This document shows positions 63,145 through 64,000 of a stretch of 64,000 nt of DNA, one piece after another. The notes beneath the pieces are model-generated. The model was not told where the DNA came from. It worked only from the letters and a program-made list of their open reading frames with translations, and made no database searches. The position numbers and the translations under genes were made by a program. The stretch spans positions 1,536,001-1,600,000 of the forward strand of contig OY970368.1 in NCBI GenBank assembly GCA_963718615.1, in the 5' to 3' direction. Each line of letters starts with the position of its first letter. The stretch's first letter is position 1. This stretch comes from an uncultured cyanobacterium. GTDB lineage: Bacteria > Cyanobacteriota > Cyanobacteriia > PCC-9006 > JAAUQQ01.

Positions 63145-63269
63145 AAAAGGGGTGGTGACCCTTACCCCTGGCGGGAGAAGACCCCCAGGAAATTTTGTCG
63201 ATTTTTAGAGGTTTGGGGCTTTAGGTGGGGCGGTTAAGGGCTGAAGATAGGCAGGAATTGCCTGTGCCT

Positions 63270-64000
63270 TTAGGCGGCGAGAGTGGTGTGTAACAAGTCA
63301 CGATGGATGAGGGCGCGATCGCGTAAAGATTGTCGTTGATTTGTAGACAAAGGTTGATGCTGGGTACAGTGGGCTAGCCAAGCTTCAAATAAGACCGTTG
63401 GCTGCTCCGGAAGTTGTGCTAAATTCCAACCCGGTAAACCCACATCCTCCATCAAGGCATCTACCTTGGGGTCGTAGCTGAGGGCGGAACAGCGGCAGCC
63501 CTCTGAGGCCGCCATAATCAGCCCATGCAAACGCATAGAAAGGGCAAAGTTAATGTGCTTGAAAACACCTTTTAAGGTTCGTGGATCTTGACGTTCGAGG
63601 ATGAGTGTAGGGCCGGGGAGGGCAGTGGCAAGCTGTTGGGCGATCGCCCCATCCTGAATCGGTTGAAAGGGCAACAGGACGAAAGAGGCTTGGAGCTTGT
63701 CCTGAAGCAGCTTGAGGGCTTCGATGATGCAGGCCAGTCGGGGTGGTGTCAGGCTGGGGTGGGGCCGCAGACTGATGGCGATGCGAGGCTCAGGGAGCTC
63801 TAAAACAGCAGGGGCCGGTAGGGCTTCCAAGGCCCAAACGGGGTCTGGGGCCAACAGGCAGGGAATTTGCCAGTCGCTCAAAAGCTGGGCCGAGGTGCTA
63901 TCACGGACGCTGATGCGATCGCAGCGGCTAAAGGTCTTTTCGGCCAGCCAGCGGGTAAACGGGTGTTGCAATGGACCAATGCCCTGGGCCCAGGCCAGGG
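63270..64000 (-). CDS. csaB: Polysaccharide pyruvyl transferase CsaB (5' truncated by window)
   Basis: AQGIGP, ISVRD, APDPVW, MRLHGLI, SYDPKV. Confidence 0.9.
   Translation of the reverse strand, partial: LAWAQGIGPLQHPFTRWLAEKTFSRCDRISVRDSTSAQLLSDWQIPCLLAPDPVWALEALPAPAVLELPEPRIAISLRPHPSLTPPRLACIIEALKLLQDKLQASFVLLPFQPIQDGAIAQQLATALPGPTLILERQDPRTLKGVFKHINFALSMRLHGLIMAASEGCRCSALSYDPKVDALMEDVGLPGWNLAQLPEQPTVLFEAWLAHCTQHQPLSTNQRQSLRDRALIHRDLLHTTLAA

Overview
Cyanobacterial chromosome segment. The evidence is a very dense HIP1 octamer GCGATCGC, psaD and cyanobacterial-type core genes. Most of it is housekeeping: yajQ (3' end), FKBP, amidase, ribBA, ftsQ-ftsZ-thiD, SRP RNA (ffs), panB, SRAP, pepP, cutA, mannose-1-P guanylyltransferase, ssb, the salt-acclimation cluster gghA<-->ggpS-glpD, trpE, psaD, a His-kinase/PP2C/FHA-kinase trio, dnaE, dacB and csaB. 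One accessory island (~16.4-28.4 kb) holds a NACHT + HEAT-repeat (NLR-like) gene split by an IS21 element. It also holds two PIN-type toxin-antitoxin pairs and three 1289-bp IS3 copies with identical proteins, each with its own 3-bp target duplication. Every module in the island is broken. The most notable observations are: (1) a strand-independent G/T-to-C/A compositional flip centred on HIP1 sites; (2) a decayed second copy of the NACHT-HEAT 3' end that starts exactly at a HIP1 site and brackets the TA cassettes, plus a mosaic base composition inside the NLR-like gene; (3) an intact, intein-less dnaE where most HIP1-rich cyanobacteria have the split-intein form; (4) a toxin frameshift paired with an IS hit in its antitoxin. 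All family names come from recognising motifs by eye; no database search was run.
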